A DNA stretch of 43,096 nucleotides, from the sequence record SRR20825006_1115; one strand, written 5' to 3'. The notes beneath the pieces are model-generated. The model saw only the letters and a program-made list of their open reading frames with translations, made no database searches and was not told where the DNA came from. Positions 18,018 through 26,763 of this stretch are shown piece after piece. Every line of letters starts with the position of its first letter. Within the stretch, counting starts at the first letter, position 1. The translations under genes and the position numbers were made by a program.

Positions 18018-19397
18018 ATGGCGGACAATAAGGCGGAAGATAATCTCGCGCAGTTGCAGGCTTTGGACAGGGCACACCATTTGCATCCGTTCACCGACCC
18101 GAACGCCCTGAGGGCCGCTCCTCCCTTCATGATTGAACATGCGGAAGGCTGTTACGTTACCGGGCAGAATATCCGCCTGTTGGATGCCATGGCTGGGCTT
18201 GGCTGCGTTAATATCGGCTACGGCAGGAAAGAACTTGCCGCTGCCGCGGCGGATGCCATGGAACGCCTGTGTTATTACCATTCATTCGCGGCTGTCTCTA
18301 ACCCATATGCGGCACCTCTTGCTGCAAAAATTGCTGAAAAATCCCCAAGTCATATGAATAAGGTTTTTTTCGCGAACTCGGGTTCCGAGGCGAATGAAAC
18401 GCTTATCAAACTGGTTCGGCTTTATTGGCGGCGGAAAAACAAGCCGTCCAAAAAGATTATCATAAGCCGGGACTATGCCTATCACGGCAGCACGATCGCA
18501 ACGACGCTTCTGAACGGCAACAAAGCCATGATTGATGACTTTGGTCTTGAGGTCGGCAAAGATGTGACCCACGCCACAGCACCTTTCTGGTACCGACTTG
18601 GCGGAGATATGAGCCCGGAAGAGTTTGGGCTCGCCGCCGCGCGCGATATTGAGGCGAAAATTCTTGAAGCGGGGGCCGATAATGTGGCCGCTTTTTTTGG
18701 TGAACCGATCCAGGGAACGCTTGGTGCTGTTGTGCCGCCCGCAAGTTATTGGCCTGAGGTTGAACGCATTTGCCGCAAGCACGATGTGCTTTTGGTGACG
18801 GATGAGGTGGTAACAGGTTTTGGCCGCACGGGGCATTGGTTCGCGCAGGAAACCTTTGGTTTCAAGGCAGACATGATGGCATTGGCGAAAGGGCTATCCT
18901 CCGCTTATCTGCCGATCTCGGCTGCGGTCATCAGTGATGAGGTCGCCGAGGTGATCGAGGGCGCAGAGGCCGTGTTGCAACACGGCTTTACCACAACAGG
19001 GCATCCCGTTACGGCGGCTGTTGCGCTCCGTAACATTCAGGTGCTTGAGGACGAAGGGCTGGTTGACCGGATCAGGGATGATGTTGGCCCATATTTCACC
19101 AAAATCCTCAAGTCACTTGAAAGCCATCCATTGGTGGGTGAAGCGCGGGTTTGCGGTTTGATGGCAGGCATTGAGCTGGTGCGGGACAAAGCCACACGGA
19201 CGCAGTATCCGCTTGAGCTTGGCATTTGTGAGCATATTGGGCAGGCCTGTCTGGTTCGTGGGCTTATTGTGCGGCCGGTTGGCAACGCGCTTGTATTATG
19301 CCCGCCGTTCATCATCAGCCACGCGGAGATAGACTTTATCGGCAACGTACTCAAAGAAGCACTGGATGACGTGCATAATGCCTTGCAGCAGGGTTAA
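18018..19397 (+). CDS. Class III PLP-dependent omega-aminotransferase (putrescine/beta-alanine type)
   Basis: HLHPFT, DAMAGL.CVN.GYG, NSGSEANE, AYHGST, EPIQG, DEVVTGFGRTG, LAKGLSS (PLP lysine), HGFT. Confidence 0.92.
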   Translation: MADNKAEDNLAQLQALDRAHHLHPFTDPNALRAAPPFMIEHAEGCYVTGQNIRLLDAMAGLGCVNIGYGRKELAAAAADAMERLCYYHSFAAVSNPYAAPLAAKIAEKSPSHMNKVFFANSGSEANETLIKLVRLYWRRKNKPSKKIIISRDYAYHGSTIATTLLNGNKAMIDDFGLEVGKDVTHATAPFWYRLGGDMSPEEFGLAAARDIEAKILEAGADNVAAFFGEPIQGTLGAVVPPASYWPEVERICRKHDVLLVTDEVVTGFGRTGHWFAQETFGFKADMMALAKGLSSAYLPISAAVISDEVAEVIEGAEAVLQHGFTTTGHPVTAAVALRNIQVLEDEGLVDRIRDDVGPYFTKILKSLESHPLVGEARVCGLMAGIELVRDKATRTQYPLELGICEHIGQACLVRGLIVRPVGNALVLCPPFIISHAEIDFIGNVLKEALDDVHNALQQG

Positions 19398-20308
19398 ACC
19401 GTTGCTTCAGTTGGCTGTGCGGGTTTCTCGTCCACTTTGCTTTTGCGCCTGATCATCGCAACATTGCCGATAATCACCAGGCTCAGGCCAATCACGGCCT
19501 CTGGTGTCCAGATAAAACCTTCCATCACGGTCGAGATCATCAGCGCCACAACAGGGGTCATCACCGCCATATAGGCCGCACGGCCAACCCCGATACGGCC
19601 AATGAGCCAGATGTACAGGGTGAAGGCGACAACTGTGCCCACGATCGAAAGGTAGAGCAGGGACAGCACATAACTTGGCTGAGTGTCAAAAGCGATGGGT
19701 TTGCCTGAGAGAAGCGCAAAGATGATGTTGGCGAGCGCGCCGTAGCCAAGGCTCCAGGCGTTGAAGGACAGCACTGGTATTTTCCTGCTTGAGCCCGCGC
19801 CTGCAGCCATATTACCGAACGAACAGATCAGCGTAGCAGTTAGGCACAGTGCGAGGCCGAGCGTGGTGTCATCTCTAAGCGAGAAAGCAGTCACTTCCGG
19901 CATAAACAACAGCACAAGCCCGGCAATGCCAACAAGTGCGGCGGCGATTGTGCTTGGCTGGATAGGGTTGCCAAGGAATATGCGAGCATTGACGATGTTG
20001 AGGAATGACAACATCGAGAAGGTGACAGCCACAAGGCCTGAGGTCAGATACTCCGTGCCCCAATAGGTGAAGATATACCCGCCTGAGAACAGAAACAGGC
20101 CGGTGAGCGCCATCCAGAGATGGTGCTTGAGGTCCAGCTTGAGCGTTTGACGACGCACAAGGCATATAGCGAACAGCACGATTGATGCGAGAGCGAAACG
20201 ATATACAAGGGACCATTCCTTGGGCACGACCCCAAGCTGAAGCTCAATGGCATACCATGTGGAGCCCCAGATGGTTACACAGCCAAAAAATGCCAGAAGT
20301 ACTGCCAC
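19394..20308 (-). CDS. DMT/EamA family transporter
   Basis: IWGSTW.AI, YRF.LA, about 10 TM helices, YLSIVGTVVAF..Y..L, PVVAL.IS. Confidence 0.9.
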   Translation of the reverse strand: MAVLLAFFGCVTIWGSTWYAIELQLGVVPKEWSLVYRFALASIVLFAICLVRRQTLKLDLKHHLWMALTGLFLFSGGYIFTYWGTEYLTSGLVAVTFSMLSFLNIVNARIFLGNPIQPSTIAAALVGIAGLVLLFMPEVTAFSLRDDTTLGLALCLTATLICSFGNMAAGAGSSRKIPVLSFNAWSLGYGALANIIFALLSGKPIAFDTQPSYVLSLLYLSIVGTVVAFTLYIWLIGRIGVGRAAYMAVMTPVVALMISTVMEGFIWTPEAVIGLSLVIIGNVAMIRRKSKVDEKPAQPTEATV

Positions 20309-20371
20309 GATGTTATCCTCGCCCTCCGTGTTACCTCACCGAAGTAGCAGGCTTATAGGAAGCGTCAATGA

Positions 20372-22669
20372 TTATCTTTTGCTGCTGCTGCCTTCGCGCA
20401 TGATGGTTTCAACATTCACCGGGAAGGAAGATTGTTCAAGAATGTTGAGTTGGCCTGTGAAGGCGCTGGCGCCCAGCGCATCGTCAAACAAGCGGATAGC
20501 GTCATACTTGAGGCTTGAGGGCAGGGGGTTGCTAGTTCTCAGCGTCAGGTCAAATTTCTGCCCGCGGATAAGGCCGTCAAGCTGAACAGCACCGAGCACA
20601 GTGAACTGTACTTCAAGAATGAAGCGTTGCAGCTCGTCTTTCTCGTCGTCCTGATCCTGATATTGACCACCGTGCTGTCGGTCCGGGTCAACGTGTGGGC
20701 CATGGCCAAACAGCAGGGCAATAAGCGGCATGTCCGGGTTCCTGAGGTCAAGGGGTAAAAGCACCTGCCGCCACTCGCCAACAGGTTCAGTGGCCATGCC
20801 CATAAGGCGGGTGATATCGCCCTTGAGTGCGTCTAATAGCGCTCGGCTATGCTCGGCCAATGCTTTTTCTGCTGCGCCACCAAGCCAGCCTTCGGGGCTG
20901 TTACGGCCAGCGGCGGATAGGAAAAACATCAGGCTGTTGGTCAGCTTGCCGCCACCGTCAGCTGAGCGCGCTGCCAGTTGCGCTGCTGCTGCAGGATCAG
21001 AGCCGCTCAGGAACGTCATGCTTTGGTGCAGCGCGGGCCATGCCTGGTGGCTGAGGGCTGCGAGCGCGCCAGCTTCTGGAACCATCGCTGCAGTCGGCGC
21101 AATCGGGGTGCCAGAATAGGGCATGGACAGCGGCAAAGGCGCAGTTTCCTGCGCGGGCAGCGGAAACTGAAGCACGTCCCCTACAGCCGGGCGCACAGCG
21201 TTCGGCAGCGTCACGGTAACCATACCGCGCGTGGTATCCAGCCTCAGATCCGAGCGTGGCCCGTCAGGGCTCATGAAGGCGCGCACGGTATGAACCGCCT
21301 TCACGGTGGCACTCTGAAGTGCCTTATTTTCCATACCTTGTTCCGGAAACGAAACAATAATGTTTTTAGGGATACCCATGCCCGGTGGTTGTAGCCGCGC
21401 TTTATAACCGGGCGCGGTGTTTACCGCTTCAGGAGCGGCTGGCGCGAGAGCCGGGGTGGTGATGCGAACCTGCTCTCCGTTCAGGTTTTCTGCGGCTTTC
21501 AGGCTGACAATCAAGGTGCCCTGAGAGGTTTCAACACGCGCGAGCGGGGAGGTTGGGTCTGCCAGTTTGGCGATCTGTAACGGCAGGGTTTTTGCGTTGT
21601 CCGGCGCGAGCGGGTACACGGTGAGCACAGTGGCAACCTGGCTGGGCGGTACACGGCTGATGGCCGGGTCCATTAACTGGATAACCTTGGCGCTACCTTC
21701 TGGCGTGAAGGCTTGGATGGGTGCACTTAACCCAGTGGAATCAAAGCCTTGCTGTGGCGCTTGTAACGATGTCAGCTCTGACTTCGGAATAAAATGAGCT
21801 CCGTCAGGGCGTTCACCACGGGGTGGAACCTGGGTGCTGGCTGACTGATAAAGCGGCACTTTGGGGGCCTGCCCCTGCTGGGCTGCAATGAGTGTTGCAA
21901 GGTCTGAGCTGTTGGACCGGGCACCAATTTTATCCGGATTATCGGCGATAAGTGTGGCGGAAGTGTTGCTATAAGTGGGGCGCGACTGTGGCGTAATTGA
22001 CTGATTTTCCGAAACGGGCTTGTTTTCCAACATGTTAGGGAGGCTTGACGCTCGTGCACCGATCAAATTCGCCAGGGTTTCTGCGCCGTCCGCCTGCACC
22101 ACCTGTGGCGTCGATTGTGCCACACCTTGTGCCACACTTTGTTGCGGGCGCCTGCCGCTATAAGATGGGCCTGTCGTCGGGGCTTCTGTGCGGGGAGGCT
22201 GCCCGTCACCCTCGGGCGCATGGATCGAGATAACAACAAGCGCGAGCCGGATCGGCGGGTCGATCACCTGATTGTTTTTCATCAAAAGATCGGCAGATAC
22301 TTTTTTGCCCGCTTCAACAATCTCAAGCTCAACATCATCACCCGCTCGCAAACCGGCATCGGGGCGCAGCGCATAGGTGGCCCGTTCGGTCACGATAATG
22401 GGCCTGCCTTCAAGGTCGATTTTGGCGATCTCGCGTTTCAGCCGCTCGCCTATCTCAATGTGGGCAGCGCTGGCGGAAATGGAAACCGCCGGGTCGCGGG
22501 AATGCAGGGCGTCCGCGCGGTCGTTTTTTGCGTGCCGTTCACCACCATGTTCGCGGGCCTGGGTTTCCGAACGCTGGGGGTCTTTGGATACACCAGATGC
22601 TTTGTCGGTGGCACGGGCCACCGGGTCCACAACTTTTGGCATTGGTGCACCGCCAGTTATATCGCTCAT
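20372..22669 (-). CDS. Uncharacterised 765-aa flagellar-locus protein (Pro/Ala/Gln-rich, FliK-like C-terminus)
   Basis: Long ORF 46 nt downstream of flhG on the same strand, with a GAGG RBS. C-terminal RFILEVQF..LGAVQLDGL....FDL.LRT. Confidence 0.75.
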   Translation of the reverse strand: MSDITGGAPMPKVVDPVARATDKASGVSKDPQRSETQAREHGGERHAKNDRADALHSRDPAVSISASAAHIEIGERLKREIAKIDLEGRPIIVTERATYALRPDAGLRAGDDVELEIVEAGKKVSADLLMKNNQVIDPPIRLALVVISIHAPEGDGQPPRTEAPTTGPSYSGRRPQQSVAQGVAQSTPQVVQADGAETLANLIGARASSLPNMLENKPVSENQSITPQSRPTYSNTSATLIADNPDKIGARSNSSDLATLIAAQQGQAPKVPLYQSASTQVPPRGERPDGAHFIPKSELTSLQAPQQGFDSTGLSAPIQAFTPEGSAKVIQLMDPAISRVPPSQVATVLTVYPLAPDNAKTLPLQIAKLADPTSPLARVETSQGTLIVSLKAAENLNGEQVRITTPALAPAAPEAVNTAPGYKARLQPPGMGIPKNIIVSFPEQGMENKALQSATVKAVHTVRAFMSPDGPRSDLRLDTTRGMVTVTLPNAVRPAVGDVLQFPLPAQETAPLPLSMPYSGTPIAPTAAMVPEAGALAALSHQAWPALHQSMTFLSGSDPAAAAQLAARSADGGGKLTNSLMFFLSAAGRNSPEGWLGGAAEKALAEHSRALLDALKGDITRLMGMATEPVGEWRQVLLPLDLRNPDMPLIALLFGHGPHVDPDRQHGGQYQDQDDEKDELQRFILEVQFTVLGAVQLDGLIRGQKFDLTLRTSNPLPSSLKYDAIRLFDDALGASAFTGQLNILEQSSFPVNVETIMREGSSSKR

Positions 22670-22715
22670 TCAGCATCCTCGGTTTAACGCGTTTTGCGCC
22701 GCCGGGCGGGCTGAT

Positions 22716-23504
22716 CTAGCGCCCGACGATAGCCGCCGCGAGTGCCTTGATGTCTTTTGCTGCTTCCGCCTGAGGGTGCCGCGACAGAAGCGGAACCTGC
22801 GCGCGGATGGCATCAACCACCTTGGCATCATTCTTAATGATACCGATAAGGGGCGGGGAAATCTTCAAAAATCCTTCGCACGCCCTTTTGATGGCCTCAT
22901 AGGCTTTTTCGCCTTCGCGTTTGCTGGCCACATTATTCACCACGATGGAGATATCGGCGCTTGGGTTGCGCATCGCGGTGATCTTGATGAAAGCGTAAGC
23001 GTCTGTAAGTGAGGTCGGGTCCGCTGTCATCACCACAAGCACCTTGCCGTGGTGTTTGGAAAGCGTGGTAACGGAAGGGTCCACGCCTGCCGCGAGGTCG
23101 AGAAGCACATAGTCATATTTGCTGGCAAGTGCCGTCAGCCCGGTGCGGATTTTGACCAGAGTTTCTTTGGTGAGACTGCCCAGCGCGCCAGAGCCTGATT
23201 TGCCCGGCAATACGTCAAAGCCGCTGCCGTCTTTTTCTTCAAAACGGCATACGATATCGCGAAGCGGCGCATCGCCCGAGATAAAGGTGCCAAGGTCACG
23301 GTCCGGCATCAAGCCAAGCTGGATATCCACATTGGCAAGCCCCAAATCACCGTCAAACAGCAGCACATTTTTACCGGCGTGCGACAGCGCGTGCGAAAGG
23401 GTGACGGAAAGCCACGTTTTACCAACACCGCCCTTGCCGGATGCGATTGTGATCAGCCGGCGCTCAAGCGTTTCTTTATCCCGTGTCATCGGCGCGTCAG
23501 TCAT
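22716..23504 (-). CDS. flhG: MinD-like flagellar number regulator FlhG/FleN
   Basis: Deviant Walker A IASGKGGVGKT, DGDLGLANVD, DPTSLTDAYA.IK; overlaps flhF. Confidence 0.93.
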   Translation of the reverse strand: MTDAPMTRDKETLERRLITIASGKGGVGKTWLSVTLSHALSHAGKNVLLFDGDLGLANVDIQLGLMPDRDLGTFISGDAPLRDIVCRFEEKDGSGFDVLPGKSGSGALGSLTKETLVKIRTGLTALASKYDYVLLDLAAGVDPSVTTLSKHHGKVLVVMTADPTSLTDAYAFIKITAMRNPSADISIVVNNVASKREGEKAYEAIKRACEGFLKISPPLIGIIKNDAKVVDAIRAQVPLLSRHPQAEAAKDIKALAAAIVGR

Positions 23505-24519
23505 GTTTACTATCCATTTTCGCTTCGGCTTTCTTACCCCGTGGTAGCGCGGTAAGAAGGCGAGAAATTGTCAGAGGGGAGGCTGTCTCAAGCCCTTCAG
23601 CCACATAAGGGCTGCGGCTGATGGCGGCAAGCGCCAGATATCCGGGCCGGGCCGCCATGATCATGCTGGCATAACGCCGCGCTGCGTCAAGGCGGGTAGC
23701 AATGAAGCGCTGGCATCCCATGCGCGCAAAAATACCTGCAATCTCTTGTGCGTCCAGCGCATCAAGCCCCGCAGGCATCACCAGCACGGGTTCTGCGTCC
23801 ACCTTCTGGATAAACTTCAACAGCTCTTTCAGCTCATCCATGTTGAACGGGTTGGTGCCGGGTGTGTCGATAATGGTCAGGCCCATGAAGTCTGTTTTGG
23901 CACGAATAACAGCATCAAGTTCGTTTGGTGTATCGGCGGTCGATACCGTCTGTTTCATCAGCTGTGCAAAATGGTCAAGCTGCTGGATACCTGCCGCCTT
24001 GACCGTATCTGTGGAAATAAGATGCACGGGCCGTTCATGCAGCAGCGCGTCTGCCGTCAGTTTGGCGGCGCATATGGTTTTACCGGCCCCCGGTGGTCCC
24101 ACCAGCATCACGGGGCGCGATGTCGCATCCGTCAACGGGCTGAATTTGATGGCGGTCTCCAGCGCTGAAGAAAAGGCTTCAGACAGGCTACCGCCCCCCA
24201 CAGCACGCACGGCCTCAGCCAAATGGCTGGCGGTATCAAAGGGCAAGCCGTGGTGGTTCAGCACCGCGCTGATATCGCCGTTGTCAAACTCCCGCGTTTT
24301 GGGGGTAGGGTGATCAACCTCATAGGCTAGCGGTGTCTGTTCCGGTGTGGGTGCTTTCTTCGGAGGTGGTGGTGTTGCGCCCGCTTCAAGGGCCGCAGTT
24401 ACACGCACGCCGCTTTTGCTTGTCTCGCTTTGAATAATAATGGCATCCGGCCCAAGCTCAGCGCGGACTTGATCCATCACAGCCGACATTGTTTTGGCGT
24501 GGAAGGTTTTAAGGCGCAT
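23497..24519 (-). CDS. flhF: SRP-family GTPase FlhF
   Basis: N-terminal MRLKTF.A..M...M..VR.ELG.DAII, plus GPPGAGKT, IIDTPG and TRLD; between flhA and flhG. Confidence 0.9.
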   Translation of the reverse strand: MRLKTFHAKTMSAVMDQVRAELGPDAIIIQSETSKSGVRVTAALEAGATPPPPKKAPTPEQTPLAYEVDHPTPKTREFDNGDISAVLNHHGLPFDTASHLAEAVRAVGGGSLSEAFSSALETAIKFSPLTDATSRPVMLVGPPGAGKTICAAKLTADALLHERPVHLISTDTVKAAGIQQLDHFAQLMKQTVSTADTPNELDAVIRAKTDFMGLTIIDTPGTNPFNMDELKELLKFIQKVDAEPVLVMPAGLDALDAQEIAGIFARMGCQRFIATRLDAARRYASMIMAARPGYLALAAISRSPYVAEGLETASPLTISRLLTALPRGKKAEAKMDSKHD

Positions 24520-24586
24520 GGCGGATCGTGTTTCCTCAGTTTCTTCTCAAAGCGCGCGCGAAAACCGTGTCGCGGCGCGGTGTCTG

Positions 24587-26728
24587 TTAAATTTGTCCAA
24601 GCGTCCGTATTTTGGCCTGCGGGTGGATTTCATTCTGGCTCATTACCACCGTGGCCGGGCGGAAGCGTTCGATGATTGACCGAACGTAAGGCCGTACCAT
24701 CGGGCTGGTGAGCAGAACCGGCTGTTCACCACGCTCCGCCTGCTGGTCATAAATGATGCGCACAGAGTTGATAAATTCCTGCAACCTTGAGGGCGCCATG
24801 GCGAGCTGCTTCTCTTCACCCTGGCCAACAAGGCTTTCAGCAAACGCCTGTTCCCATTCTGGGGACAAGGTGATGAGCGGTACAAGGCCCTGCATGTTGG
24901 AGTAGGCCGAGCAAAGCTGCCGCCCAAGCCGGGTGCGTACATGCTCGGTGATCGAGACGATGTTTTGCGTGAAGCCGGTGGCTTCGGCGATGCCTTCCAG
25001 AATGGTGGGCAGGTCACGGATCGAGATACGCTCGTTAAGCAGCGCCTGCAACACACGCTGGATACTGGAAATGGTAATCTGACTTGGCACAATATCGGCC
25101 ACCAGCTTCTGATGATCGCTTGGCAGGTCGTCCAGAAGTTTCTGGGTTTCTGCGTAGCTCAGCAGCTCGGCCATATTGTCCTTGATCACTTCGGTCAGGT
25201 GGGTGGTGATCACCGTTGCGGCGTCCACAACCGTATAACCCCGGAAGCTGGCTTCCTCCCGCGCGCCGGAATCGACCCAGGTGGCAGGCAGGCCAAAGGC
25301 TGGTTCCGTCGTGGCTTCACCCGGAATTTGAACCGGTTGGCCCTCAGGGTCCATCACCAGAAGCATGCCGGGGCGAATGTCACCACGGCCGACTTCGGTC
25401 TCCTTGACCCTGAGCACATAGGTATTGGCAGGCAATTGCATATTATCGAGGATACGCACGGACGGCATCACAAAGCCCATTTCACCAGCCAGTTGGCGGC
25501 GCAGCGCCTTGATCTGGTCGGTCAGGCGGAAACCGCTATCGTCGTTGATGAGGGTCAGCAGACCATAACCAAGTTCAAGCCTGAGCTGGTCAATAGCAAG
25601 GGCTGAGCTGATCGGCTCTTCTGTGGGCACGGCTTTGTGTTCCGCGTCCTTGACCGCGCGGGCCTCTGTTGCGGCGGCTTTTTCCCGCTTGTTGCCGATG
25701 GAGTAGGCCATATAGCCAAGCGTGCCACCAAACAACGCGAAGGGAAGCAATGGTATGCCGGGCATCAGCCCCATACCAAACAACAACGCGCTGGTAACAC
25801 CAAGCGCGCGCGGGTAGCTGCTCAGCTGTCCAAAAAGCGCCTTGTCTGTTTGGCCGGTAACACCGGCTTTGGTGACCAGCATACCAGCAGCGGTGGAGAC
25901 GATAAGCGCCGGGATTTGAGAGACGAGGCCATCACCCACCGTGAGGATGGTGTATTGGTTGAGCGCATCCCCGAAAGAAAGGTCGTTGATGGCAACACCG
26001 ATAACGATGCCGCCGATGATGTTGATAAGCGTGATGAGGATACCGGCGATGGCATCACCACGTACGAATTTTGCCGCACCGTCCATGGAGCCGAAAAAGG
26101 TGCTTTCATCTTCCAGCTCTTTCCGGCGGATTTTGGCTTCATGTTCGTCAATCAGGCCCGCAGACATATCGGCGTCGATCGCCATTTGTTTACCGGGCAT
26201 GGCGTCCAGGCTGAAACGCGCGGCCACTTCCGCGATACGACCGGAACCCTTGGTGATGACCATGAAGTTCACAATAACAAGGATGGCAAAAACGATAATG
26301 CCGATAACAACCTGACCGCCCATCAGGAAGGAACCAAAGGCCTCAATCACCTTGCCTGCCGCATCGGTACCGTTATGCCCTTCTGACAGGATAAGCCGGG
26401 TGGACGCCATGTTAAGCGATAGCCTGAGCATGGTCGCGATAAGGAGCACGGTCGGAAAACTGCTGAACTGAAGCGGTTTGACGATGAAGATACAGGTCAT
26501 CAGCACCATCACGGAAAAGGTGATGGATGCCGCAAGCATGATGTCGAGCAGCCAACTGGGCAGCGGCATAATCAGCATCATGATGATGGTGACCATGCCG
26601 AGCGCAAAGGCTACGTCTGAACTTTTAAGTCCGCCGAGAAGCGCGTTGAAGTTGGGGCCTCTACCGCCGCCGTCACCGTCACCGTCGCCACCGCCGTCTT
26701 GCTGTTCGCCTGAGGCTGTATCGCTCAT
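24587..26728 (-). CDS. flhA: Flagellar export gate FlhA
   Basis: FSSFPTVLL, RLSLN.ASTRLIL, VITKGSGRIAEVAARFSLDAMPGKQMAIDAD, FFGSMDGAAKFVRGDA. Confidence 0.98.
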   Translation of the reverse strand: MSDTASGEQQDGGGDGDGDGGGRGPNFNALLGGLKSSDVAFALGMVTIIMMLIMPLPSWLLDIMLAASITFSVMVLMTCIFIVKPLQFSSFPTVLLIATMLRLSLNMASTRLILSEGHNGTDAAGKVIEAFGSFLMGGQVVIGIIVFAILVIVNFMVITKGSGRIAEVAARFSLDAMPGKQMAIDADMSAGLIDEHEAKIRRKELEDESTFFGSMDGAAKFVRGDAIAGILITLINIIGGIVIGVAINDLSFGDALNQYTILTVGDGLVSQIPALIVSTAAGMLVTKAGVTGQTDKALFGQLSSYPRALGVTSALLFGMGLMPGIPLLPFALFGGTLGYMAYSIGNKREKAAATEARAVKDAEHKAVPTEEPISSALAIDQLRLELGYGLLTLINDDSGFRLTDQIKALRRQLAGEMGFVMPSVRILDNMQLPANTYVLRVKETEVGRGDIRPGMLLVMDPEGQPVQIPGEATTEPAFGLPATWVDSGAREEASFRGYTVVDAATVITTHLTEVIKDNMAELLSYAETQKLLDDLPSDHQKLVADIVPSQITISSIQRVLQALLNERISIRDLPTILEGIAEATGFTQNIVSITEHVRTRLGRQLCSAYSNMQGLVPLITLSPEWEQAFAESLVGQGEEKQLAMAPSRLQEFINSVRIIYDQQAERGEQPVLLTSPMVRPYVRSIIERFRPATVVMSQNEIHPQAKIRTLGQI

Positions 26729-26763
26729 GTTTTAAAATCCAAAACCCACACTCGCATCAGCGC

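Noticed and set aside
22116-22139. 12-nt tandem repeat TGTGCCACAC(C/T)T x2
   Set aside because: In-frame micro-duplication within a low-complexity linker; not a CRISPR or mobile-element repeat.
26664-26698. Short GGTGAC/GGCGAC repeats encoding DGGGDGDGDGGG at the FlhA N-terminus, as a possible phase-variation tract
   Set aside because: The hexamers are imperfect, in frame and few, in a disordered tail; slippage would not shift the frame.
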